This document shows, in pieces, positions 32,201 to 40,542 of a stretch of DNA of 64,000 nt; within the stretch, counting starts at the first letter, position 1, and the number at the start of each line of letters is the position of its first letter. Source of the stretch: a virus; IMG/VR virus record IMGVR_UViG_3300036715_001865, positions 64,001 to 128,000 of that record, one strand, 5' to 3'. A program made the translations under genes and the position numbers. Below the pieces are notes generated by a model, which did no database searches, had not been told where the DNA came from, and was given only the letters and a program-made list of their open reading frames with translations.

Positions 32201-33306
32201 TTAGGTTTGCGGTTACTAATTCTGCAGAGGGGCGGGTACATGGACTACTTAGTAACGGCTATGGTATTTCTGTTGATTGGACTTATGCAACAATTACTGT
32301 ATCGTTATCATACGATGGCATAACCAATGCAGTAGTAACTAGTGGACCCTGTGCAATGTACGAATGGCAAGCTATCTCCATAGAAGTATACAATAGTACA
32401 TTATACCTATACGTCAATGGAGCTTTGGTCAATACCCCAGTTATACTAACCGCTCCAATATACCATCAAGTTGGTAGGGTTATCGCTTTGGGTGCACGAT
32501 GGGATAAAATAACATGGGCTTTAATGGATGAATTTATGATATACCGTGGAACATCATTGGCTCAAGGGGCTTCAAGTTATGCGGTTGAACTTGCACCATT
32601 TCCAAGCTATACGTTTATTCCAGGTACCACCAATACTACATTCACATTTGCTGTTACAAGAGCTAATAGTATTGGAACATCTAGTGTTGATTATTCTGTT
32701 ATTGGAGCAACCGATGGCACGCACTCTGCTGCATCCGCAAATGATTTTGCTGGTGGAGTATTTCCGTCTGGAACAGTAACATTCTTAGATGGTGAAAATA
32801 CAAAAACACTTTCATTTGATGTTATTGGAGATTCAATTGTTGAGGCAGATGAGAGATTTAATGTGGTATTATCCAACCCTGTTAATGCAGTAATTGGTAA
32901 TGGTGCTACCTACGGTTATATAATAAACGTTGATAACCAAACACTACCAACGTTTACTATTAGATCTCGAGTGGAATATCTACTATTAGAAAATAGTACT
33001 GAATTGCACAGCTTCAACATACATCGAAATATAGGGACTGGAACATCTAGTGTTGATTATTCCGTAGTAGGTGCTCCAGATAGCACACATACAGCGGCAG
33101 ATGCAACTGATTTTGTTGGTGGTGTATATCCATCAGGAACGGTAACATTTTTGGACGGAGAAACTGATAAGTTAATATACATTCCAATTGCTGATGATGC
33201 TACAGTTGAGGCAGACGAGAGATTTGATGTAATATTATCCAATCCTGTTAATGCTATTATTGGTATTGGTATGGATTATGGATATATTCGTAACAATGAC
33301 TTATGA
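29275..33306 (+). CDS. Virion adhesin-like structural protein: CBM5/12-like repeats, three Calx-beta domains, LamG/ConA-like domain
   Basis: W...Y..GD.Y...G..Y....YTSG repeats; NEG..FTF.VTR..SVDYSV..DF.GG..PSGT.TFLDG..VE.DERF repeats; LLHFE..GDFTIRF..W..ISIE..LYVNG..MDEF; start MTQL with GAGGA SD. Confidence 0.75.
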   Translation: MTQLTSQKLLFNIDPTEGLVRYTKAVKPYHTKILDVSIEYVYAESIYSTVAERWNWKIHLTRPEGSVTKACGYGVVWDNYPFVINDFPPVVIKQAIGDTPITVKFNSLVGSPTKVAITDNPYGYPLQAGEPVTIRTTGNFPNTINGRLSPGLIYYVVSKLGNLFELSATPYVAPWMPNTSYTTNKVFEHTGNQYIAINAFVSGSTFVPDPQSMELQSIAVGTAVVNWVGDHTYTIGDVYSHVGSTYVVTADYTSGASYSDVYDFKNTKKLVPLSGIPLEFVPNNSWQAFQQYHIGDIYEVVDTVDNITTQLTVTANYTSGNNFGIIDTVHTTETVVTYDIHKESLLYNSFLVEPGIVTSYQCVATNLTANQFTFATTHPITDVNIDAHTWTVDGILLSSAYQVIKYTNTKTTSSVTTLANDTTPYTADISIDGTVYNISVLGNTAQTFNGVISALNSIIVGGNVSIVDGKLVITSNSIGSISDVQIVDGNVHPLFASLSADFVGLMPTTNPTIAITDNTIYIHDNGIGPTTQYTIQSVVLGTGIDTGKTKITTYEQLSLLSQPIGTLCIQSGLPSVPNWGLGLGVTVSSTGELPSPLQPGTTYHFAPSNQLGVFNLSSAHYPLSTLDMIDVTTLGSGIITIQKAEVIYEGATVEVTGSYNLANDGEYYIRASIPEGNYFRLYTLQKVARTSRTQDSTDGLMTMGINGGYSAPDYCQNIAASDLYTDAFIGEKFHFEFVAAPPPAVLPVISIGSVNIDKIKNEGDMGVTNYTFTFTRNNSIGVSSVDYSVVGAPDSTHTAANATDFVGGVYPSGTITFLDGDTSIILTIEVAGDTTVEPDERFNIILTSPVNAILGISADYGYVINDDVAPSVINIAQLDSVKNEGSSSGTIVPTPYSILLHFENEAPTNMMDGFNTLDSSGKGNVVTSYNRGTYTNSSYVFGVGRDLGSGTVGNAQTIFPETSDFNFGAGDFTIRFRFAVTNSAEGRVHGLLSNGYGISVDWTYATITVSLSYDGITNAVVTSGPCAMYEWQAISIEVYNSTLYLYVNGALVNTPVILTAPIYHQVGRVIALGARWDKITWALMDEFMIYRGTSLAQGASSYAVELAPFPSYTFIPGTTNTTFTFAVTRANSIGTSSVDYSVIGATDGTHSAASANDFAGGVFPSGTVTFLDGENTKTLSFDVIGDSIVEADERFNVVLSNPVNAVIGNGATYGYIINVDNQTLPTFTIRSRVEYLLLENSTELHSFNIHRNIGTGTSSVDYSVVGAPDSTHTAADATDFVGGVYPSGTVTFLDGETDKLIYIPIADDATVEADERFDVILSNPVNAIIGIGMDYGYIRNNDL
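31519..33303 (+). repeat. Three Calx-beta coding repeats (31519-31875; 31888-32934 with insertion; 32953-33303)
   Basis: Near-identical DNA in copies 1 and 3 (tctagtgttgattattc..ccagatag..gcaactgattttgttggtgg..tatccatcaggaac). Confidence 0.85.
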
Positions 33307-33330
33307 TGCATTGGGGGTTGAGTGGGCATG

Positions 33331-33370
33331 TAAGGTTGATATAACAGATGGGTCTGTTATATCAATCTTA
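33331..33370. other. 18-bp inverted repeat (one G-U) with a 4-nt loop in an intergenic region
   Basis: taaggttgatataacaga-tggg-tctgttatatcaatctta. Confidence 0.7.
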
Positions 33371-33536
33371 TCTATCTCCACAAATGAACTAGGACTAATG
33401 TCTACTTCACTACGAGCCGTATCCATTCCTGAAACAGAAGACAATCGTGTTATAATAATAACATTCCCATAACCAAAGTGGCAAAAGTGTATTAGTACTT
33501 TTGCCATATATATTAGACCCCATAGGAGAAAAATAA

Positions 33537-34745
33537 ATGTCAAATCTGAACGAAATATCACCAATAACCGTAAATGGACATTGTGTAATCACAGACGATA
33601 CTGGAGAGGTGTTGTTAGATAAACACAATGCAATTCACCCTCAAAATATGGCAAGAATATTCGCAAGAGCATTAGCCAATGAACAAAACTCATATATTAA
33701 CCGTATTGCATTTGGCAACGGTGGAACTATTGTAGATGCTGCATTAACTATTACTTACCGAACCCCAAATGATGGACAAAGTCCAGATATTGCTTCTTGG
33801 GATAGTCGGTTATACCACGAAACGTTTTCAAAAATTATTGACGACGGACAAGTAACATTAAATCCAAATATGGGAGTCGATCCAGGTTCAGCAGATTTGA
33901 ATACTGGAACACGTTCTGGGGGCGGATCAGTTCCATCAAGTGATCCAACAACAATTCCACATATTTCAGGACCTGGTGTTAGAAGTGTTGATCTTGGATT
34001 AACTTCAGAAGTTGTAATATCTGCAACTATTAATGCAGACGAACCAAAAAGTCAATATTTAATTGATACGTTTAATCCAACACAAAATACTGAATCTACT
34101 TTTGTGTTTGATGAGATTGGTTTATATACTGGTGGTTCTGTAGCGATTAATACTGGTGGATATCAGTATGTAGATGTCGGGAATAGAGTATCAACTGATA
34201 ATACCAGTTTGGTCTCTAACGCACCATATTCATTTGATATATCAGTGGATGGTGGAACTACTGTAACTATTAATTTCCACACACCTATAACTGGTGGGTC
34301 AGGAAGTGCTGGTGAAATTTTATATGGTGATTTGTGTCAAGCTATTAATACTGGAAATACTGCTTGGGGGATGTTAGGAACCAGTCCATTACCAAATGGA
34401 GCCATTATGACTATAACTGATCTAACAGGAGGAACATTCTCTTCTATAACAGGCGCAAATTCCTACGGGTTTTTGAAAGTAACTAGTGGTACAACTGGTA
34501 CAGCATCATCTGTGTCTATGTCAGGTGGTACTTTATTTGCTGCTTTGAATGCTCCAGTAGGTGGTGTAGTTCAACCAACTGTAAGTGGTACTGTAGCAGG
34601 ATTACAAAACGCTCCAACTCATGCCTCCACTGAAAGAGAACGATTATTAGCTCATTTAATATTTTCTCCTATTATAAAAACAGCCAACAGAACTCTAAAT
34701 ATCACATACACGCTTACTATATCTGTAGCTCGTACACCTAGATAA
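33537..34745 (+). CDS. Virion structural protein, tail-collar/baseplate-like
   Basis: HNAIHPQNM..RIAFGNGGT, FVFDEIGLY, HLIFSPIIKTANRTLNITYTL; AGGAG SD. Confidence 0.6.
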   Translation: MSNLNEISPITVNGHCVITDDTGEVLLDKHNAIHPQNMARIFARALANEQNSYINRIAFGNGGTIVDAALTITYRTPNDGQSPDIASWDSRLYHETFSKIIDDGQVTLNPNMGVDPGSADLNTGTRSGGGSVPSSDPTTIPHISGPGVRSVDLGLTSEVVISATINADEPKSQYLIDTFNPTQNTESTFVFDEIGLYTGGSVAINTGGYQYVDVGNRVSTDNTSLVSNAPYSFDISVDGGTTVTINFHTPITGGSGSAGEILYGDLCQAINTGNTAWGMLGTSPLPNGAIMTITDLTGGTFSSITGANSYGFLKVTSGTTGTASSVSMSGGTLFAALNAPVGGVVQPTVSGTVAGLQNAPTHASTERERLLAHLIFSPIIKTANRTLNITYTLTISVARTPR

Positions 34746-34767
34746 CCATATCAAAAGGAATTAAATA

Positions 34768-35019
34768 ATGTCAAGAGTAGTAATAACTTCAAGATTTGCA
34801 TATGAGAAAACTGATCCTCCAGCAAATGTGTGGACTATTGTACATAAGTTAAATATAACTAGTCCGGTTGTTCGAGTTTGGGCAACTTCTAATGTTGATG
34901 GCCAGTATACACTATTAACTGTTGGCACTGATTATAATATGCATGTGCCGAATGCGTCAACCGTTACTATAACTTTTACAAATAATGCATTAGTTAAAGG
35001 CAATGCATTAGTAACATAA
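34768..35019 (+). CDS. Small virion protein (W-x-I-x-H-x-L module)
   Basis: VWTIVHKLNITSPVVRVW; resembles the gp6 C-terminal module. Confidence 0.6.
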   Translation: MSRVVITSRFAYEKTDPPANVWTIVHKLNITSPVVRVWATSNVDGQYTLLTVGTDYNMHVPNASTVTITFTNNALVKGNALVT

Positions 35020-35028
35020 GGAAAAACT

Positions 35029-35244
35029 ATGTCATCATACAATCACAATCAACCAATAAGTGCCACAGTTTGGACAATTACACATGGGTTAACAAGCAAG
35101 TTCCTAGCGATTGATGTTTTGGAATTGGTAAGTGGAGGGATACATAGGAAAATAAAACCAGTATCAACTGAAATTATTGATTTTAATATTGTTGCAGTAC
35201 ATTTTGCAACTCCAATAGCTGGAGTTGCAAGAGTCGTAGCTTAA
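35029..35244 (+). CDS. Small virion protein (W-x-I-x-H-x-L module)
   Basis: VWTITHGLTSKFLAIDV; resembles the upstream gene and the gp6 C-terminus. Confidence 0.6.
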   Translation: MSSYNHNQPISATVWTITHGLTSKFLAIDVLELVSGGIHRKIKPVSTEIIDFNIVAVHFATPIAGVARVVA

Positions 35245-36359
35245 TATTCTGTTTCCCACATAACAACAAGATTAAAACCTAATGATTGTATTAGGTTTTC
35301 TCTTTCTATCGTTTTTTGATATAACTCACCCATTGATTTTCCACTCACCTCATTAATTTCTTCAGGGGCATAAATTAGTGGATTTCCGTGCCAATAATCG
35401 CCATGAAATTCATAAATGGTATTTGTCTCTAAACAATATCCATCTGCTCTAAATCTGGTTCCTGGGATTTTCCATTCAGGTATTAAATCAGCTTCCTGTT
35501 GGTCTAGCCAAAGTTGGCATTTGTATGAACTCCAAAAATGTTGTTTGATTTCTATTTCGTGGTTCTTCAAATACCGCAATATAGTCGTTCCAACTATACC
35601 TAGTTCATCAGCTATCTGTGCAGCTGTTTTATTTTGTGTAATATATTGTTCAAATAACCAACTATAATCTTCTATTAATGGGAGAATATCAACCATATGA
35701 GATTGACTAGCACTACTTGTACCATATTTTTGTAGGTTGGTGGATTTTGTTCTAGTTGAAAAATCGATAGTTTTTGAATAGTGAGTCGCCCCATATTTGG
35801 ATTGTGAGGTATTAACACCTTTGTGTTTACATATATCGTGTTGCAATGCATGTATAGTTCCATACTTATTCAACATGGTATTAATACGTTTTTGGTTTAT
35901 GATAGGGTTTTCAAAACTCAAAGAATTACCGTATTTATTGATCATGGTAATAGTTCGTTTTGACTGTATAGTAGAACTATTAAATGGATAAGCTACTCCC
36001 AAATTCCTCATGTTGGTAGTTGTTACTTTTTTGTGAAATTCGGCAGTTTTGGAGAACGAGTCAACTCCATATCTATCCACACAGGTGTCTTTCTTTTTCT
36101 GTTGTACCTTAATATTACAAGCTGGTTGCCCCCCATATCTAATTAGGTTGGTTTGAATACGTTGCTGCTGTGCACACGTTGGACAACCATTGTTGTTTAA
36201 GTGGTTGCCCGGCTGTTGTGAAAACTGTCCATGAGTTGGACATATTATTATGACTTTGGTGGAATTATTGAGATATACCACCTTGCTATAATCATATTTG
36301 TTATTATGGATGATATTAGCTTTGGTGATAAATTGTTCAATAGTCTGTCTTGGTGGCAT
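35241..36359 (-). CDS. Homing-endonuclease-like protein (KYDYS/Zn module, RYG repeats, HTH, Vsr-like nuclease)
   Basis: KYDYSKVVY..CPTHG.F.Q.PGNHL..GCPTC; RADGYCLETNTIYEFHGDYWHG; paralogue of 56581-57663. Confidence 0.75.
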   Translation of the reverse strand: MPPRQTIEQFITKANIIHNNKYDYSKVVYLNNSTKVIIICPTHGQFSQQPGNHLNNNGCPTCAQQQRIQTNLIRYGGQPACNIKVQQKKKDTCVDRYGVDSFSKTAEFHKKVTTTNMRNLGVAYPFNSSTIQSKRTITMINKYGNSLSFENPIINQKRINTMLNKYGTIHALQHDICKHKGVNTSQSKYGATHYSKTIDFSTRTKSTNLQKYGTSSASQSHMVDILPLIEDYSWLFEQYITQNKTAAQIADELGIVGTTILRYLKNHEIEIKQHFWSSYKCQLWLDQQEADLIPEWKIPGTRFRADGYCLETNTIYEFHGDYWHGNPLIYAPEEINEVSGKSMGELYQKTIERENLIQSLGFNLVVMWETEY

Positions 36360-36416
36360 AGAAACCTCTCATTCATAAGATTCTTATATTATAAAGAGGT
36401 TTCTAAATTGAATCAA
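36359..36416 (-). promoter_or_regulatory. TTGATT-N17-TATAAT promoter nested in an 11-bp hairpin covering the SD and start of the endonuclease
   Basis: tagaaacctct 36359-36369 / agaggtttcta 36395-36405; promoter 36416-36388. Confidence 0.65.
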
Positions 36417-36800
36417 CTATTGTGCAACTTGAGCGGTTTGGCCAGCAACAACAGCCCCACCCATTTGACCAGATCTAGGATCCATTACTTTACCATTTGG
36501 AGTAAGTTGACGGACAAGTTGGTGGAAATATGCCAATGCATTCATCCCATTACCCAAAGTTTTTTGTGCCATCAAATCATATAGCTCAAAACTTCTTGAG
36601 TTACGATCCATTAAAATACCAGCAAGGCGTTTTTTATCAATTTCATCCAAGTCATTTGTTTTGAAAAATAATACATTACCACTCGCATCACGTCTCATGA
36701 TTGCACACTCATGTAAAATTCCATCAGCATTTAATTCAATCCACTCAATGTGTGGAAATTCGCGTGACATTTCGTGTTTGTAACTTACTTCTGTTGCCAT
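36417..36800 (-). CDS. Conserved hypothetical phage protein
   Basis: 127-aa ORF with SD; TLGNGMNALAYFHQLV motif seen in jumbo phages. Confidence 0.6.
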   Translation of the reverse strand: MATEVSYKHEMSREFPHIEWIELNADGILHECAIMRRDASGNVLFFKTNDLDEIDKKRLAGILMDRNSRSFELYDLMAQKTLGNGMNALAYFHQLVRQLTPNGKVMDPRSGQMGGAVVAGQTAQVAQ

Positions 36801-36888
36801 TTTTTCATCTCTCTATAAGGTATGTGCATATATTTAGATAGTTTAAATGGTAGGGATTTTTGATGGAAATATTGGTCCCCCAATACAA

Positions 36889-37899
36889 TTAACTTGGAAT
36901 TGGACGTTGAACCCCATCTACTTTTATATCAATAACCTTCCGTAGGCTTTTTGTAACACTTCCAGCTCTACCTTGATTCCCACCAACAACATATATAGTT
37001 CCCGGGCGAGGCCCTGGACCATAATACATAGCTACGTGGCCTGTCCCTCCATCTCTATTAAACACAACAATATCTCCCTTTTGAGCATTTGAAATACCAC
37101 CAGATACTGGATTCCCATATCCTGTATAACTTCCAGCAGCAAGAGATTGGTTAAATTTAAAACAATTTCGCTTTAACATAGCTCCAGTGAACGCAGCACA
37201 CCAAGCTGTTTTATCACCACTTATATCAGGAAACCCCACATCTCCATATAGAGCATTTATATTTGGGTTGTTACCTGTTTCAGTCCACTGTCCAGTTTTT
37301 GCTTCAGCTAATACATTATCCAATGCAGTTCCTAAATCCCCACCAGATGAACAATTTGGATTAGATATAGCAGCAGCAACAGGTTGAACAGGTGGTGCGC
37401 TTGGATCATCCTCCATTTCTGGATGTCCAGCTACACCATTTTCAATGTTTGCTGGGGTGTTATACTTGCTGGTATTATTTAGATTGTGATTATATGTTTG
37501 TTGTTGATGGTGGGTAATTGTTACTTTTTGTTCTGGAGAATTCCCCACAAAGGTTGAGGTGGGTGGTGGTGGGTTGGTATTAGCGGTTGCTGGACTGCTA
37601 CTGCTCCCGCCACCCTCATTTGCAAATACGGTAAATTGTCCTAATACCATATTCAAATCCCCACATATTCGCAAATCTTTATCACGGTGCACTGCAATTC
37701 CTCCAACAAACACGTTAGGACTTCCTTGGACTGATAGAGGAACACAATGTATAAAATCATCTGGACAGTGGGAATCAGGACTTGCTAAATTCCCAATAAC
37801 TATTACGGGTTTGTTGTTTATTGATACAGTTGTTTGAGTAGCATGTATTTCACCATATCCAGCTGTATCTGGATCATTTTCTACGCTTATTAGTGGCAT
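36889..37899 (-). CDS. PAAR-like spike-tip protein fused to a TIGR02594/CHAP-NlpC/P60-like cell-wall peptidase
   Basis: N-terminal V.INNKPV..IGN..H..HC..QGSPNVFVGGIAVHR..D..CG; Pro/Ser linker; C-terminal AWCAAF..GDIVVF..GHVAMY..VVGGNQ. Confidence 0.8.
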   Translation of the reverse strand: MPLISVENDPDTAGYGEIHATQTTVSINNKPVIVIGNLASPDSHCPDDFIHCVPLSVQGSPNVFVGGIAVHRDKDLRICGDLNMVLGQFTVFANEGGGSSSSPATANTNPPPPTSTFVGNSPEQKVTITHHQQQTYNHNLNNTSKYNTPANIENGVAGHPEMEDDPSAPPVQPVAAAISNPNCSSGGDLGTALDNVLAEAKTGQWTETGNNPNINALYGDVGFPDISGDKTAWCAAFTGAMLKRNCFKFNQSLAAGSYTGYGNPVSGGISNAQKGDIVVFNRDGGTGHVAMYYGPGPRPGTIYVVGGNQGRAGSVTKSLRKVIDIKVDGVQRPIPS

Positions 37900-37904
37900 A
37901 TGTT

Positions 37905-37939
37905 GTACCTCATATTAAACTGGTATTTATATGAGGTAC
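37905..37939 (-). promoter_or_regulatory. Late promoter TATAAATA (37931-37924) in a perfect 11-bp hairpin sequestering the GAGG SD of the PAAR gene
   Basis: gtacctcatat 37905-37915 / atatgaggtac 37929-37939. Confidence 0.75.
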
Positions 37940-37952
37940 TTCGTAATTTTCG

Positions 37953-38882
37953 TTACAAACTGAGCATGGGAACAAATAACTCTATACTTTCTCGTATTTT
38001 TACCAATTGAAACCGTCCAGTAAATTGTAAGATATGGAAGTAAGAGAATTTCTTCTTTGTTTGCTCGGCTGCATCTAATGTAGCATCCATTAGATGCCTA
38101 ATGTCTGGTGGCTGCTTTTCCAAATCTATTAAAATTTGGTTATGTTTGAACATTTGGTTTACAGTAAATTCTTCTTTATCTTGATTTGTCCATTTTTCAG
38201 CCATGAAGTTAATAAATTTATAACCATCTCCATCTAAAGCATCATTGTACACCTCTTTGATTCGAGTTGAACGAACCATAGGATATGCGGACTGTATATT
38301 ATCGGTGCTATCACCTCTAACACACTTATGAAATAAATAATATTCAGCATCATTATCAAAGTTCTCAAGGGTATTTTGAACCTTGTCAGTAATAGGAGAT
38401 ATTAATGTCACATTTGGAAATTTCATCAATTGGGCCAAATCACTATCAGCTGATACTAACACAATATCACTATCTAAATTTCGTTGAATAAACCCAGCCA
38501 ATAAATCATCTGCTTCCAGTTCATCATTAAATAATGTCACAACAGTAGTGTGATTTATAATCAACTCTTCAAATTCAGCCAAATGAGCAATAAATTGTTC
38601 ATATTTAAGCTGTTGACTTGGAGTCATATCTTTTCTTCTGTTGCCCTTATATGGTTTTAAATAAGGGTGGGCGGCTGTATATGTTTTCCTCCAACTAGAC
38701 CTATCAAAAGCCATAACGACTTTTTTTGGTCTATATTGTTTGAAATACTTATTAAGAGTGGTGAGCGCCATATGCATACTCATTCCACTAATAACAGACT
38801 CTTCTTCATTAGAATTAGCATAAAAAGACCGATACAACAAATTACTAATATCCAAACACAAATAATCACACGATTTTGCCAT
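37953..38882 (-). CDS. rnh: RNase H / 5'-3' flap exonuclease (T4 rnh-like)
   Basis: LDISNLLYRSF, VMAFD..SWRK, YKGNR, LEADDL, VSADSDLAQL, KCVRGDSTDNI. Confidence 0.9.
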   Translation of the reverse strand: MAKSCDYLCLDISNLLYRSFYANSNEEESVISGMSMHMALTTLNKYFKQYRPKKVVMAFDRSSWRKTYTAAHPYLKPYKGNRRKDMTPSQQLKYEQFIAHLAEFEELIINHTTVVTLFNDELEADDLLAGFIQRNLDSDIVLVSADSDLAQLMKFPNVTLISPITDKVQNTLENFDNDAEYYLFHKCVRGDSTDNIQSAYPMVRSTRIKEVYNDALDGDGYKFINFMAEKWTNQDKEEFTVNQMFKHNQILIDLEKQPPDIRHLMDATLDAAEQTKKKFSYFHILQFTGRFQLVKIRESIELFVPMLSL

Positions 38883-38890
38883 ACTTCCTC

Positions 38891-39313
38891 CTATAGATAG
38901 TCACTTACAGTTTTCTTACTTGCAGTTTCAACAACTCGAGATTCGAATTTATCAACCAAATCTTGATACATTAGTGCAAGCCATTTCTGTACAGCAACAT
39001 CTTCATCCGAAGCTGATATCCCATTTTCTTTTAAATATTGAATAAACGCATCATTCCAATCCAAATTGATTACAATGCCCTTTATTTCATCAATAGATTC
39101 TCCTATAACTTCTACCCACGGATCAGGGCTATTTCGTTTATCGTCATATTTTTGTTGTTTCTCTCTCAGTATTGTTAGCTCTGATGAAGCCTCTTCTAAC
39201 CGAGCCTCCACAAGAGCCCTATCTTCTCGTTCAGCTGTTAGCAAATGCTCTAACTGATCCAATCTACTTTCAACTGATTGTTTTTTCTCTTTTGATTTGT
39301 TGAACCACCACAT
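38891..39313 (-). CDS. Conserved hypothetical protein
   Basis: Coiled coil plus PWVEV..LDWNDAFI..VQKWL motif. Confidence 0.6.
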   Translation of the reverse strand: MWWFNKSKEKKQSVESRLDQLEHLLTAEREDRALVEARLEEASSELTILREKQQKYDDKRNSPDPWVEVIGESIDEIKGIVINLDWNDAFIQYLKENGISASDEDVAVQKWLALMYQDLVDKFESRVVETASKKTVSDYL

Positions 39314-39341
39314 AATAATATCCTTTTAATTATGTTTGTTT

Positions 39342-40094
39342 TTAATTTCGTGCCATAACATACACATCAAGTCCATTAACTGTAAATATTAATGTACCTT
39401 TGGCTGTTATAGAACATTTTCCTGTTTGATTTGTTTTAAAAATAGGTAACAATAAATCAATTGGATATTTGTAAGAGAATGATGCAGGGGTATCATCACC
39501 AATTGATTCCATAGTTGTGGCAAAATGATATTCCAAAGTATCCCCATTAATATCTGTGATGTCTAATGAAACACCTGATTTACTTCCATTAAATGATACC
39601 TCATCAGTCTTCATTGCTACTTTTCCTTTAGCTATCATATTGATTGCTTCTGGAGTGATGTTTATTTCGTAGGTACTTACTCCAGCCCTTACTTTAGGTG
39701 CTTTTATAGTCTGTGGACTAGCACACCTATAATCAATGGTAGTATTCCGGCCTTTCATCATTAAAGACTTAACCCACATAGGCGTTTCTGACGCAACTGT
39801 TCCCACTTTTCCAAACCCAATTAAATTGGAATTACCAGTTGTTACTGCTTCAATTGAAAACCCATCTTGAGATTTTGCAAGTTCCAGGCGAGCTATAAAC
39901 ACCTCAATTCTATTAAGTCCTAATGAACCACACGATAGCGGTGGGACACCCACATCTTGATAAAGCACTACGGTTTGTTCGTCGGACATTGCTCTAACTT
40001 TTCCTGGTTCAATAATTATATTGCTTATATTAACCAATTTTGCTGTAGTAATTACAAGCCGTATAAAGGCTATTTCTTCTGCTGTTAATGTCAT
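39342..40094 (-). CDS. gp45: Probable sliding clamp (gp45-like)
   Basis: 250-aa alternating alpha/beta pattern, position next to the polymerase; TTGAAT-N17-TATAAT promoter (40150-40122). Confidence 0.55.
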   Translation of the reverse strand: MTLTAEEIAFIRLVITTAKLVNISNIIIEPGKVRAMSDEQTVVLYQDVGVPPLSCGSLGLNRIEVFIARLELAKSQDGFSIEAVTTGNSNLIGFGKVGTVASETPMWVKSLMMKGRNTTIDYRCASPQTIKAPKVRAGVSTYEINITPEAINMIAKGKVAMKTDEVSFNGSKSGVSLDITDINGDTLEYHFATTMESIGDDTPASFSYKYPIDLLLPIFKTNQTGKCSITAKGTLIFTVNGLDVYVMARN

Positions 40095-40127
40095 ATTTAA
40101 TCCTTTATCTATGTAACATATATTATA

Positions 40128-40541
40128 CTAGAAAATAAACTCAGATTCAAGCGTTTCTGCCATTTTTGATATGGGGATATATTCCACTATATCATATCCA
40201 TGATTAGTTAACCATTGTGACACCAAATGTCTATGGCAGAATTGATGTGGCAACTCATAACACAAAAGTGTTGCTTCTTCTGTTAATTCATCTACTACTT
40301 GTTGTGGATTTAACTTATGTAATTGGTGATTGTATCGTTCAATATACACCTCCTTTGTTATAATACCTGACTTATACGGAGATACCATGGTATCCCAGCT
40401 AGGAGCTAAATTTGGATACCAATCATACCTCACCCCAAGATTAAACAAATATGTTCTCACTCTAGGGGTCAAACTGCAACTAATTGAGGTTAGTTTAGAT
40501 AGGTGTGTTATATCTGGTCCTTGGTAATAATAGGTATACAT
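40128..40541 (-). CDS. DUF488-like protein
   Basis: LAPSW..Y..RY..QL..L..LLCYE..FCHRHLV..WL motif. Confidence 0.7.
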   Translation of the reverse strand: MYTYYYQGPDITHLSKLTSISCSLTPRVRTYLFNLGVRYDWYPNLAPSWDTMVSPYKSGIITKEVYIERYNHQLHKLNPQQVVDELTEEATLLCYELPHQFCHRHLVSQWLTNHGYDIVEYIPISKMAETLESEFIF

Positions 40542-40542
40542 A

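Noticed and set aside
31621-33160. Diversity-generating retroelement template/variable repeat pair
   Set aside because: Differences between the Calx-beta copies are mostly third-position and not adenine-specific, and there is no reverse transcriptase in the window.
33301-33564. 87-aa - strand ORF in the tail-block gap
   Set aside because: It is antisense to the operon, overlaps both neighbours, and has no SD or motif.
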